Part shown: piece by piece, positions 52,760-63,057 of the stretch
Layout: each line of letters opens with the position of its first letter
Numbering within the stretch: the first letter of the stretch is position 1
Assembly: GCF_006345805.1 (NCBI RefSeq)
Contig: NC_043009.1
Location: 32,736,001 to 32,800,000 of the forward strand
Direction: 5' to 3'
DNA length: 64,000 nucleotides
Origin: Octopus sinensis
Taxonomy: Eukaryota
Translations under genes and position numbers: made by a program
The notes under the pieces: generated by a model
Database searches by the model: none
Told to the model about the DNA's origin: nothing
The model's input: the letters and a program-made list of their open reading frames with translations, nothing else

Positions 52760-52990
52760 AGTTAATCCAAACAAGAAAACAAAAGAAAACACAACAACGC
52801 AAGGACGTGGAACAAATAAAGTATTATTGGACGCTCAGGAAAGAAGGGAAGAAGGAGGGTTTAACGTTTCGAGCGGAGCTCTTCGTCGGAAACATAGGAG
52901 AAGGAAAGATCCCGAGAAGGGAAGACAGAGTAAAAAAATGGAAAAAGGATTCACAATGACCTCGAACCCACAAGAGGAAACGAGAGAGAC
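52760..52990 (-). mobile_element. PLE terminal repeat family P1, copy 2
   Basis: Very similar to 15251-15480; abuts (TA)n. Confidence 0.85.
52859..52893 (-). ncRNA. Minimal type I hammerhead motif (family P1), U4C variant
   Basis: Identical 35-mer to 15379-15413. Confidence 0.7.
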
Positions 52991-53074
52991 GGAGGCAGGC
53001 TGAACACTGTGCAAATATTCTTTTAAAAGACTTTTCTTTTAATTTTTCCAAAATTTAATTGTTTTCTATTCTTA

Positions 53075-53110
53075 CAGTTGAGGAGGTCTCGATGACAGAA
53101 ACCAGTACTG
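53075..53110 (+). ncRNA. Decayed minimal hammerhead motif (separate family)
   Basis: CAG-UUGAGGA-GGUC-UCGAU-GACA-GAAA-CCAG-U-A|CUG; C3U change, one stem II mismatch, stem III one change from palindromic ACCGGU. Confidence 0.5.
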
Positions 53111-53677
53111 AAATGTTTTTTTATAAAATTATTTTAGCATTTTCTACCTTGACTATTTTTTCCATATATATCAACTCGTGTGTGCCTTTTCAACCTTCTA
53201 CACACACACACACACACATGCACACGCACACACGCACATACATATATATATATATATATTATATGCAAGCTTTCTCTCTACTCTCTATGTGCATACAGAC
53301 GTTATCTATATACAAAGTTGGTTATATGAAGTTTACACTGTCTTTAGGAGAACTCGCTTGGATAATTACTACATCCTAAGTTCCGCTAGCTATGAAACAT
53401 ATGTAGCCTGGATTTTATCTACTCGATACCTTAACATTTGGTTGTTTGTTCGCATTTACAACAACGTCTGTTGCTAACCATGAACTATGAAATAAACTTT
53501 TTTCAGCTTATCGTACTTCGATACGGGAAAAATTCACAACCATCCCCCCCCCCCCCCAAAAAAAAACATTTTTTCGTGAAAGTTGTTTTTTTATATCTGC
53601 CGCAGACTGCTTGAAGCTCACTAACTTCATACACCTTGATTCGTGGAACTTATCTTTACATATATTTGCAATATATG

Positions 53678-53719
<42 letters not shown>

Positions 53720-53744
53720 TATACATATATTATATATATATATG

Positions 53745-54100
53745 CAATAAAAAACAAGCACAAAAATCACAACATCGCGAAGACTTGGTACTTGTAAAGT
53801 ATTAGCAGACGCTCAGGGAAGGAGAGAAAGATGGTGTAACGTTTCGAGCAGACGCTCTTCTTCGGAAAAAGAGGGAAGTCCAATAGAAGAGAAGACGGAG
53901 GAAGAAAATCGCCAATAATTCACATGTGGCTACGTTTTGAACTGATCGGAAGGGAATGGGTGAAGAAAAAGATCTTTCTAAGACAGGAGAGTGTAAGAGA
54001 AGGAGTTATGTGTGGGCATGTACGTGCACTCAAGTCTGTGTATGTGCGCATGTGTATGCGTTGTGTGTGTATGTGTGTGTGTGTGTGTGGTTTTGGCTGT
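53745..54100 (-). mobile_element. PLE terminal repeat family P1, copy 3 (divergent) with adjoining element sequence
   Basis: HHR-like CCGAAGA-A-GAGC-GUCU-GCUC-GAAACGUU at 53834-53869; homologous flanks. Confidence 0.75.
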
Positions 54101-54329
54101 ATATAAGTGTATGAGTGAGTGAACTTTGTGTCGCTTAATGTTGTAGGAAGAATTTAGTAGCAGGAGTGGCAGTCTTTTGTGTAGTTGTGTGTCTCTTCAC
54201 ATGTTTGTAGAGGAATGGTCTGTAGAAAGGCGTTTAGATGGCAATTCGAAGTATGTGTGTGTATGTACGTGTGTGCCTGTATGCATATGTTGTGCGTGTT
54301 TTGTGTGTAGTTTTGTGTGTAATGTAAAC

Positions 54330-54533
54330 ACTTATACATACCATACGAACACAACGTATCCACAGAGTATATACAAATGTTCACGCTTATACATTCGTGG
54401 AAGGATTTTTATCTTGTCCATCCAATTTGTCGTTATACATGCGTGGCTGAGATGAACAAGATAGAAATCCGTTCATGGATGTATAAGCGTGAACATTTGT
54501 ATATACTCTGTGTTCGTATGGTATGTGTAAGTA
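54330..54533. repeat. Long fold-back (~83-93-nt arms, 28-nt loop)
   Basis: 54330-54422 pairs with 54451-54533 apart from one 11-nt bulge and a few mismatches. Confidence 0.88.
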
Positions 54534-54652
54534 TATATTTCTGGCTACGTTTTCACTGACGAGTGGAGAGCGTGTTGCAGCGGTGTAAATCAGTTTTGGG
54601 TGTTGCATTATGATTATACCGATATAATGTAGAATAAATATAATAATATTAG

Positions 54653-54838
54653 TTCTAGGATGGAATTTATAAATAGTTAATACATCGGTACACGAAACCA
54701 ATCAATGATGCTGATCAACCAGATGCCCACGTATTATACAGAGAATATCCCAAGAATACCGACTCTGATGTTAAAATCATGTGGTTTGGGGAAACGCGCG
54801 TAGCGTTGTATTAAATATTTATAAATTCCATCCTAGAA
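54653..54838. repeat. 42-bp-arm inverted repeat (MITE or PLE-type)
   Basis: Outer 23 bp perfect (ttctaggatggaatttataaata); 4 mismatches over 42 bp. Confidence 0.88.
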
Positions 54839-54902
54839 TATTGTTACACACATGCACACAAATATATATATACATACATACATACACACACATATATATA
54901 TG

Positions 54903-55092
54903 TGACCGCGTGTGTACCGTTGGCGATTTTTTTCCTCCGTCTTCCCTTCTCTGGATCTGTCCTTTTCCTATGTTTCTGACGAAGAGCTCCGCTCAAAACG
55001 TAAGACCTTCCTTCTTCCCTTTTTCCGTGAGTGTCCAATAATATTATATTTGTTCTACGTCCTCGCGTAGTTGTGTTTTCATGCTTGGATTA

Positions 55093-55098
<6 letters not shown>
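54903..55098 (+). mobile_element. PLE terminal repeat family P1, copy 4
   Basis: GUUU-CUGACGA-A-GAGC-UCC-GCUC-AAAA-CG-U-A|AGAC at 54972-55006 (G12A, presumably inactive); ends ggattaacttt(TA)n. Confidence 0.85.
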
Positions 55099-55123
<25 letters not shown>

Positions 55124-55298
55124 TTGAGTAGTTGAATGAATTATCTTATTAAGGATAATTCGAAAGATAACCGACACCTGGGTAAGTACTCCTGTACTCC
55201 TTATTCCTTCGGAATTAGGAATATGCAGCCTTCGAAACATATGTCGAGAATAAAGGATATTTGTTAACTAGTCGTTCAACTCCATTCTTTCATATACT

Positions 55299-55376
<78 letters not shown>

Positions 55377-57699
55377 AATATATATATACAAAATTATCAA
55401 AAGCTACATATTACTGAGATTGGCTCTTATCCTTCTAATCCTAGACTCCATTTCTTACATATTTTATGGCGTATTGCTTTTCAGTGCTCTTTTCCATAAG
55501 TATAAATGCTTTGCCTAATGAAAGTTTGCTTCATTTGTGAGACTCCGACGAAGATAGAAAGTGATACACAATCACTCAGCTCTGAGAGTATTGCATCTCA
55601 CTGCAGAAGCTGCTTTAAGCAAATGAAGTTCATTACATAACTTCTTGTCCTCTTGCAATTTATTCAATTTCTCATTTATACATTCATATATATGTACTAT
55701 ATATATATATGTGTGTGTGTGTGTTGGTGTAGGTATGTATGTATTTATGCATGCATGTAATATACACATACAAATTATACCGCATACAAGTGTGTATTGG
55801 AAGATATAAGTTTAATTGAAGAATTTGTTTTGAATTGTCAAACATATTCCTTTTACGTAAGAAATTAGTTATTAATGAAAGTTTCCATCATTGATATATT
55901 CTTAACATATAAAGTGCGCTCTGTACAGTTGAATCAAATATAGAAACGGAGCGAAGTTCTTTATTGGAGAACTTATTAGCTGGAAAATGGAATGTCCTCT
56001 AGTTAACTTTGTCATTGTTTAATTTAATATTTATTCCGAAATAGATATAAATGGATAGTTATAACAACACTTATTCACGCCAACCTATGCACTAAGACCA
56101 GCAGTCTTTCATAGAATTTATTATAACAAATGCCAATATTGCTGCAACAGCATCTGGCTTGCTGCTAGACACAACGGAAACACAAAGCCTAGTATGGTAT
56201 TATAATGGCAAGCTTGCAACTATGAGCGAAGAGATGGAGAAATGAAAACAGGAGAACAGAAATAAAACCAATTCATTGATTAAATTAGAGTCATTAGGTA
56301 TAGTTCTAGGGGTTGTCTTATACAGATTTTGCAATTTCATTCGCATATAAGAGAAAAGTGATTTGAAATTTTCTTAGCGTTCAATTTAGATAGCTGGAAC
56401 AATGAAAGAATTTCTGTACGGCTCGGATTTATGTTCTTGCAAGGAAATCTCTTCTTATGTCGATGATCTGATGAATGGTTTCAATAAAAGATCAAGCCAG
56501 CGTCTTCCGGTGCACAACTTAATGGAGTTTAAGTAGTTTCCATGTTTAGTCTTTATAAAGAAAGTTTCCATAATATGGCTAGCAATCTCAACGAATGCAT
56601 TTCAAATGCGTTCTGTATAACGGTGGCCGGAAGGAGAATGCTATAGTGAATCACCGAAATCACTAACAAAACTCGATAATGGTCATGTAGAAGAAATATT
56701 GAACAGAGAAAGCTATATGGAAATTAAAATAAATATCAGTAATAACTGTAGAGTGGACTTAATTAATTTCGTTTCCAATATTTAAACATGAAATTCTTCT
56801 ACGAAATAGTTTCGGTATATATAAACTTACGACGATACATGTATTTTCTGAGGAGTGCTAAATATAGGCTAGGAAATATGTAGAAATGGCGCACATAAAT
56901 AGAGAGGCTAAATTAGAAGAACCAGGTAAATATTGTACAAGCACACACTTAGTCATTTACACACACACACACACACACACACCGTGTGTGTGTGTAAGGG
57001 AGAGATAGTGTCAAGCTTATACTGACATGAAGCGTGTTTACAATCAAAGACTTACAACCAATTAACGAAAGTAGAAATTGCGAATTTATGAATGAAATGA
57101 AAAAAGGTCTGAATAAAACTCGCTGCTGAAATAATTGCTCGATAAGACTAATGCAACTCAAATATTTCATGAGGTCAAATAATTTGGCTCAAACAGAAAT
57201 TAACTACCTCCGCTGCACAAATTAAAAACCTTATTCACACATACATCCATGGACATAGAAGTAAAGAATTTTAACATTTCTATACTTACTTTCAGTCAAA
57301 TCTGGGTTATTTTCCACCTTAGAAGTATTTTTATTCTACTAAGCTCTTAAGCATATTTCGATTCTCTTAAACATATTTCGTAGTAATTAATATACTATAT
57401 GAAAAGTGGCCATTAAATACAGAACTATTTCTAGCGCAAATAGAATTCACACTGAAATTTCTTTACACGGAATTTGTTGTCGCTAACATATATATCCATT
57501 GTATATCTATATTCAGGTGCCAACTCACTTGACTAATACCATAGAATATTTTCAAACAATATACACATGTGTGTCTATATACCTAGATACACATGTGTAT
57601 ATGTTGTGTGTGGTGGTGTTTTAGGAGAGAAGGCAGCGACCATGACAGCTTATAGAGTCTCTGAGGTCGGTGGGATGGAGGGATGAGGATATTCTCCAG

Positions 57700-58686
57700 T
57701 CGAAGCTCCAATCAGAATGCTTACAATAAAGCAGACTTCAGTAGAGTCAGCCGAGGTGCCAGGTGGACGTGTTAAACGGGGACAGTTTCAGTCTGTTTCC
57801 GGATTAATGAACCACTGAGTGAATGGATGGGGAGGAAGAAGGGTATGGGATATTGGTTAGTTTCTCAAGAAGTCTGGAAGATAAGTGACTTACCCAACTC
57901 GAAGACAGATTTTGCTGTGGAGAAATGCTTTGAGATAATCTGTGAGAGTGAGGTAGAGTTCCGTAAAGTCAACACGAGGGAACTGGGCCTGCTTCTTAAA
58001 CTGAGCTATGACAGTAACTATGAAGACAAACATGACCTTAGTAGATTCTGCACCACCAGGTCACAGAGGAGAACACCACCTCGCGAGCGAAGAAAATCAT
58101 CACACCCACCCAATATGCTGAGAACAACACACTGGTGGAAAGAATGATTGCACATGCAATAGGGGCTAGCATAAGAACCACCTTGAAGAAACACTTAGTA
58201 AAGTCTAACAAGAAAAGATACATGCAGGTTCAAGGTGCAGCTATTAGTGTCCATGCGGCTAGAGATGTGGCCAGCCTGTTCATGACTTGGTGTGACAGAA
58301 AACTAAAACAATATTTAACCGAACAATCCACTACTATTATTTTACCTTAATGTAGGTGTGTAGATGACATTAACATTCTAGTTAGGACAAATTTTTGTAA
58401 ATTCAATGTAGAAACCGAGAGGAGCATAATGGAGAGCATCCAGCATGTAGCTAACTCCATCCACCAAAGAATCAAGGTAACTATAGATTACCACCACTAG
58501 GCACCCCAACAATAGACTCTCCGTCCTTGATACTGAAATTGGGTTCGATACTATGAACAGCAGTGTGCAACTCCTCCACTCCTATTACATGAATCATATA
58601 GCTTCTAAATATGTTGTTCACAAGAACTCACCTTTGTCACACAACATGGAAATCAATATACTGATGGCAAACTTACATATATATTT

Positions 58687-58730
<44 letters not shown>

Positions 58731-58810
58731 TGAATGTTCTATGCACATTAAAACCTGCAAGGAATGTATTTACATTTATATACATATATTCTCTCACAGT
58801 TACATATTTA
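57700..58810 (+). mobile_element. Penelope-like RT fragment with a long insertion between motifs A and B' (non-canonical PLE clade), pseudogenised, split by (TA)n
   Basis: Motif A SLFP (57790), insert ESEVEFRKVNTRELGLLLKL...FCTTRSQRRTPP, motif B' QVQGAAIS (58225), RCVDDINILV (58354-58383), IQHVANSIHQRIKVTIDY, HPNNRLSVLD, LLHSYY...SKYVVHKNS. Stops and frameshifts. Confidence 0.85.
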
Positions 58811-59344
58811 ATATTTGCATATTTGCATGTAGTTACGTATGTGTCTATGCATCAAACTTGCACCACTTCGAAGTTCTACCCTTCGTTTCTTATAGCTTTC
58901 ATTACAAATGCTGGAGTTGCGATTCAGATTCGGAATGAGCTCGTCTCCGAAATATAAACGATTTCAGCATTTAATTCAGGATATTTTGTTGTTAACTACA
59001 TGAAAATACAATTTTGAGATTCCTGTAGTCCAGCAAATATTGATCAGCACCGTTTACAGAATTTGAGCTCAGTTTTCTTCTAAAGACTTTCAATTTCCAT
59101 ATTCCAAATATTAACTCTTTCAGTCTCTGCAACTTCGCTTGTTTACCAAATTCACAGCATGAATACTAATTTTCTATTCGAACAATAAAAGAGCTATTTC
59201 TATACGAACAAATACATAACTAACCAGGTTTTTTTTTCTAGAAACATGATATTTTAATGAAATCATAATTATATTATATCAGTATTTGACATGAATACCA
59301 TATTCATTGGTCAAAACCCCACCATACATACATACAAACACACA

Positions 59345-59457
59345 CACATATATATATGTGTGTGTGTATTTTGTATTTATATATGTATATATATATATAT
59401 TGTGTGTAAATATATATATATATTTGCATATACATATATATATATATATATTATATA

Positions 59458-59505
<48 letters not shown>

Positions 59506-59615
59506 TATACATATAATATGTATATGTCTCTATCCCTTCTTTTTCTCTTTTTTCCTCTTTCTCAACTCTCTCTCTCTCTCATCTCTCTCTCTCCTTCTCT
59601 CTCTCTCTCTCTGTT
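59345..59615. repeat. (TA)/(TG) and (CT)n microsatellites
   Basis: Direct reading. Confidence 0.95.
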
Positions 59616-61614
59616 TCTTTCTCTAGACGAATGGTATGAATGAGGCTGACGGAAGAATTTATGCAGAATATTTCTTAGTATATATTTATGCAGTATATTT
59701 CTCAAAACATTGCAGCTATTGAAACTGACAAACGACTTCAGCGACCTATCCTTGAAATTAAATGACATTTCCTTCAAATAAATATTCCTCCATATAAATA
59801 TTACGAAATCTACGTGAAACATGTAGACTCAAACATCATTTTCTCCCCAGTGCCACATATTTAGTTAATTATCCTCAAATACCTTCACTATATTCACTAT
59901 TTCTTAACTGTATTTTTTTGCTATTTTTATATTGTATACGAAAATATTTACTATATTTCTCTTGCTGACATTTAACATTAAGAGCCCTTAGATATATATT
60001 TCGTTTATCTGTTTCTAAATGTCTTCAGACAGCAACGGAAAACTCGAGTCTATTTTCAGGTAAATCGTAGATTTAGCTATGTAATTTCATTTTCCACTTT
60101 GCCTATCATAGCAGCATATCTTGTATTTCTGAAGCTCCTAGGAAAATACATAGAATCGAAAGACGAAAAAGTGATAAAACGATAACATTGTGCCATAATT
60201 TTTTTTCTTTATGATTGTTGGAATATTTAAAGTATAAGGAAATAAATTTAAAAACTTGCTTTTCCCCAGTTTACCAAACAAATCTGATTTCTGCTACAAC
60301 ATCTAAAACTATCTCAGGTAAAATTAATGATATTTGGTGGTCGTCATGAACATGTTGTCCTCCCTTCATGTCACCGATATTCCACAAGACTTACATACAT
60401 TTCTTTCTTTATATAAGTCAATAAAACGTTATCTTACAAGAATTAATATTGTCAGCGTGATGGATCCATGTAAAGTATAGTTCCCTACATTATTGTTTAT
60501 AGAGGAAATGCATGTATGTATGTATGTATGTATGTTGTATGAGTGTATATTCGATGTATTACTTTTTACGATAGTTGTGTGTGTTTTGAGAGAAAAGTTT
60601 CGTCGTTAACGAAATATTTCAAATATTTAAGGATTTGCTATCTAAATATAAAAAGAGGAAACCGTCATTGCAAACTGCATAATCTAACCGTATCGCAGCC
60701 TGTTTTGAAAGTCTACTGTATGACCTGCCAATCAATAGATGAAAGGAGAGTATTTAAGTCAAATTAGAAGCTATACACGGCGTTCGCCAACATGGCATTA
60801 GAAAGGATGGCAAAAAGAAGAATCTATCGAACATAATATTCATTTTCATTCATTCAATTTCGAATTTCTTTCACTAGCATACCTGCTCTGTGATTCGTTA
60901 TATAACTCTGGGCGAGATTAAGAAAATACAATAAGTCGCAAGTATATGTTAGTGTGTGTGTAATAGACTAGACTTCTATTTCAAGAGAATTTCTAAGCCG
61001 AGGGCGGATAGAAGTCAATAACACCATCTTTTTCAAATAATCCCCCAAGACGCAATCTTCGAAAAGGATGCCCTGAAGATATAAAATTTCTGCTGAAAAT
61101 TTAAGATTCCTTTTAAATACCTTTGTAACTTCATTGTCATTTATCTGTATGATTTTTTCAGAACTTACTCAACGTAAGAGACATTTTCATATTACTTTTT
61201 CTTTCTAAACTTAGAATACTTATATCATTCGCCACGATATTCAACTGATTTGTTCCCTAATCTTAGTTTGTGTGAGGAAACACTGCAAAATTTACCATAA
61301 CCATGATGATGATGATGATGAATATGGTCGAGACGCTGGTGGTGCTGGTGGTATTTATGATGGTGTTCATAATAGTGGTGGTGATAATCATAGATTTAGT
61401 CACTATGGAGGAAATGTAGGTATTGATACGAAGATACACTCACTTAACTATGGTAGACGATTCTTAACAGAAGCTGATCCCTTATGTAAACTTTTGTGCT
61501 CCGTAACTGGGAGCCCGCATATTTACATTCATTTATGTATATTTAGATCAATATCTTAATGCTAACCGCATAATCTAACTTGATTTTGATGAATAACCTC
61601 ATTACTGCGTTATT

Positions 61615-61918
61615 TGTATGCATGTATGTAAGTAAGTATGTATGTATGTATGTATGTATGTATGTATGTATTTATGTATGTATTTATGTATGTATGTATG
61701 TATGTATGTATGTATATATGTATGTATGTATTTATGTATGTATGTATGTATGTATGTATGTATGTATGTATGTATGTATGTATGTATGTATTTATGTATG
61801 TATGTATGTATGTATGTATGTATGTATTTATGTATGTATGTATGTATGTATGTATGTATGTATGTATGTATGTATGTATTTATGTATGTATGCATGCATG
61901 TATATATATATATATATT
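61615..61918. repeat. ~290-bp (TATG)n with TATT variants
   Basis: Direct reading; source of the MYVC/YIHT ORFs. Confidence 0.97.
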
Positions 61919-61930
61919 AGTTGCTTAGGC

Positions 61931-62042
61931 CGGTTACTGACGAGAATTCGCCTGGTAGATAATATGGTCTGGCTAAATTATCTATTAAAAGATGGCAAGC
62001 AATATTATTTGCTAAACAAAATTCGAAACCATGGTATAACCG
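61931..62042 (+). ncRNA. Type I hammerhead ribozyme, core intact, 71-nt loop II insertion
   Basis: CGGUUA-CUGACGA-GAAUU-[71 nt]-AAUUC-GAAA-CCAUGG-U-A|UAACCG; stem I 6 bp, stem II 5 bp, palindromic stem III ACCAUGGU. Confidence 0.85.
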
Positions 62043-62046
62043 TTAT

Positions 62047-62230
62047 GTTAGTTAGTTAGTTAGTTAGTTAATTTTGCCTCAAAAGCAAATAGCAAGGCCA
62101 TGTAGGGGGACATGGAGTTAAGTACAGGGTGGTGTTCATGTAAAGAGTTCAGGCCACTTGAGGTCAAGGGAGACTTTGAACAAAGCGGTCGTCGGATTCT
62201 TCACCATCTCGTCTGGCAGCTTGTTTCACG
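62047..62230 (-). mobile_element. CR1/L2-type LINE 3' end with (TAAC)n tail
   Basis: Minus strand P*NKLPDEMVKNPTTALFKVSLDLKWPELFT* (cf. WN.LP..VV.A.S...FK..LD..W), 3' UTR, then (taac)n. Confidence 0.75.
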
Positions 62231-62416
62231 GTATTTTTCATTTACTTCGAAATTTGCAATAAAATTGTGTTTTCTTTGGCCGTGTTGGCTGCTATTTCTA
62301 GCATGTAAAAAATACCTGTTAAAGTGTAATTTTCTATTTTGAAGTACGAATATGTTGTCTATTGACTTTTTATAGATGCTAGGCCACTGGCGGTGATATT
62401 TATACGAGTATTCGCC

Positions 62417-62460
<44 letters not shown>

Positions 62461-62463
<3 letters not shown>

Positions 62464-62524
62464 GGCGGTGCCCCAGCATGGCCACAGCTCATAAGCTGAA
62501 ACTGGAATCAATCAATCAATCAAT
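62461..62524 (+). mobile_element. SINE family B 3' fragment with (TCAA)n tail
   Basis: ggcggtgccccagcatggccacagctc...gctgaaactgg. Confidence 0.75.
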
Positions 62525-62691
62525 ATATATATATATATATGTGTACCTTATGAATATGTTCCTAGCATTCTCGAAGTTTCAGCTCGGCATTGTATCTATT
62601 GCTGACTGTAAATGCGGCTGCGTGCGATATTTGAAAAATTATAGCATATAATGATGGGACACGTGTTATCTTGTCTCTGAATTATAAGTTA

Positions 62692-63027
62692 GTTGTTTAG
62701 ACCGGTTACTGACGAGAATTCTCCTGGTAGATGAAATGGTCTTGCTAAATTATCTATTAAAAGATGGCAAGCAATATTGTTTGTAAAGAAATTCGAAACC
62801 ACGGTATAACCGTTATATAACAAGGTAAAAGTTTATATTTTTCATTTACTTCGAAATTTACTATAAAATTGTGGTTTTTTGTCTGGGTTGGCTTCTATTT
62901 CTAGCATGTAAAAATTACCTGTTAAAGGGTAATTTTCTATTTTGAAATACGAATATGTTGTCTATTGACTTTTTATAGATGCTTGGCCACTGGTGGCGAT
63001 ATTTATAACGAGTATTCGCCACCCTAT
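62692..63027 (+). mobile_element. Hammerhead-bearing ~335-bp repeat unit, copy 2 (uninterrupted), with 3' terminal 8-bp stem-loop
   Basis: Homologous to copy 1; GGTGGCGA (62992-62999) pairs with TCGCCACC (63016-63023) just before (TA)n. Confidence 0.85.
62703..62812 (+). ncRNA. Type I hammerhead ribozyme, core intact, 69-nt loop II insertion
   Basis: CGGUUA-CUGACGA-GAAUU-[69 nt]-AAUUC-GAAA-CCACGG-U-A|UAACCG. Confidence 0.85.
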
Positions 63028-63057
63028 ATATATTTTGTTTTGGAAGAAAAGAAAGGT

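Larger units (their letters stand above)
61920..62424 (+). mobile_element. Hammerhead-bearing ~335-bp repeat unit (retrozyme or PLE pseudo-LTR-like), copy 1, interrupted by a CR1 fragment
   Basis: Colinear with 62692-63027 (roughly 85-90% by eye); flanked by (TATG)/(TA)n. Confidence 0.85.

Noticed and set aside
61615-61905. Possible higher-order periodicity of TATT variants in (TATG)n
   Set aside because: Spacings (12, 48, 60, 36, 52 nt) are irregular; no higher-order repeat, and not a CRISPR-like array.
62985-63030. Helitron 3' end (hairpin plus CTRR)
   Set aside because: The hairpin is followed directly by CTAT/(TA)n rather than CTRR about 10 nt downstream, and no 5' TC or Helitron-type A|T target is evident.
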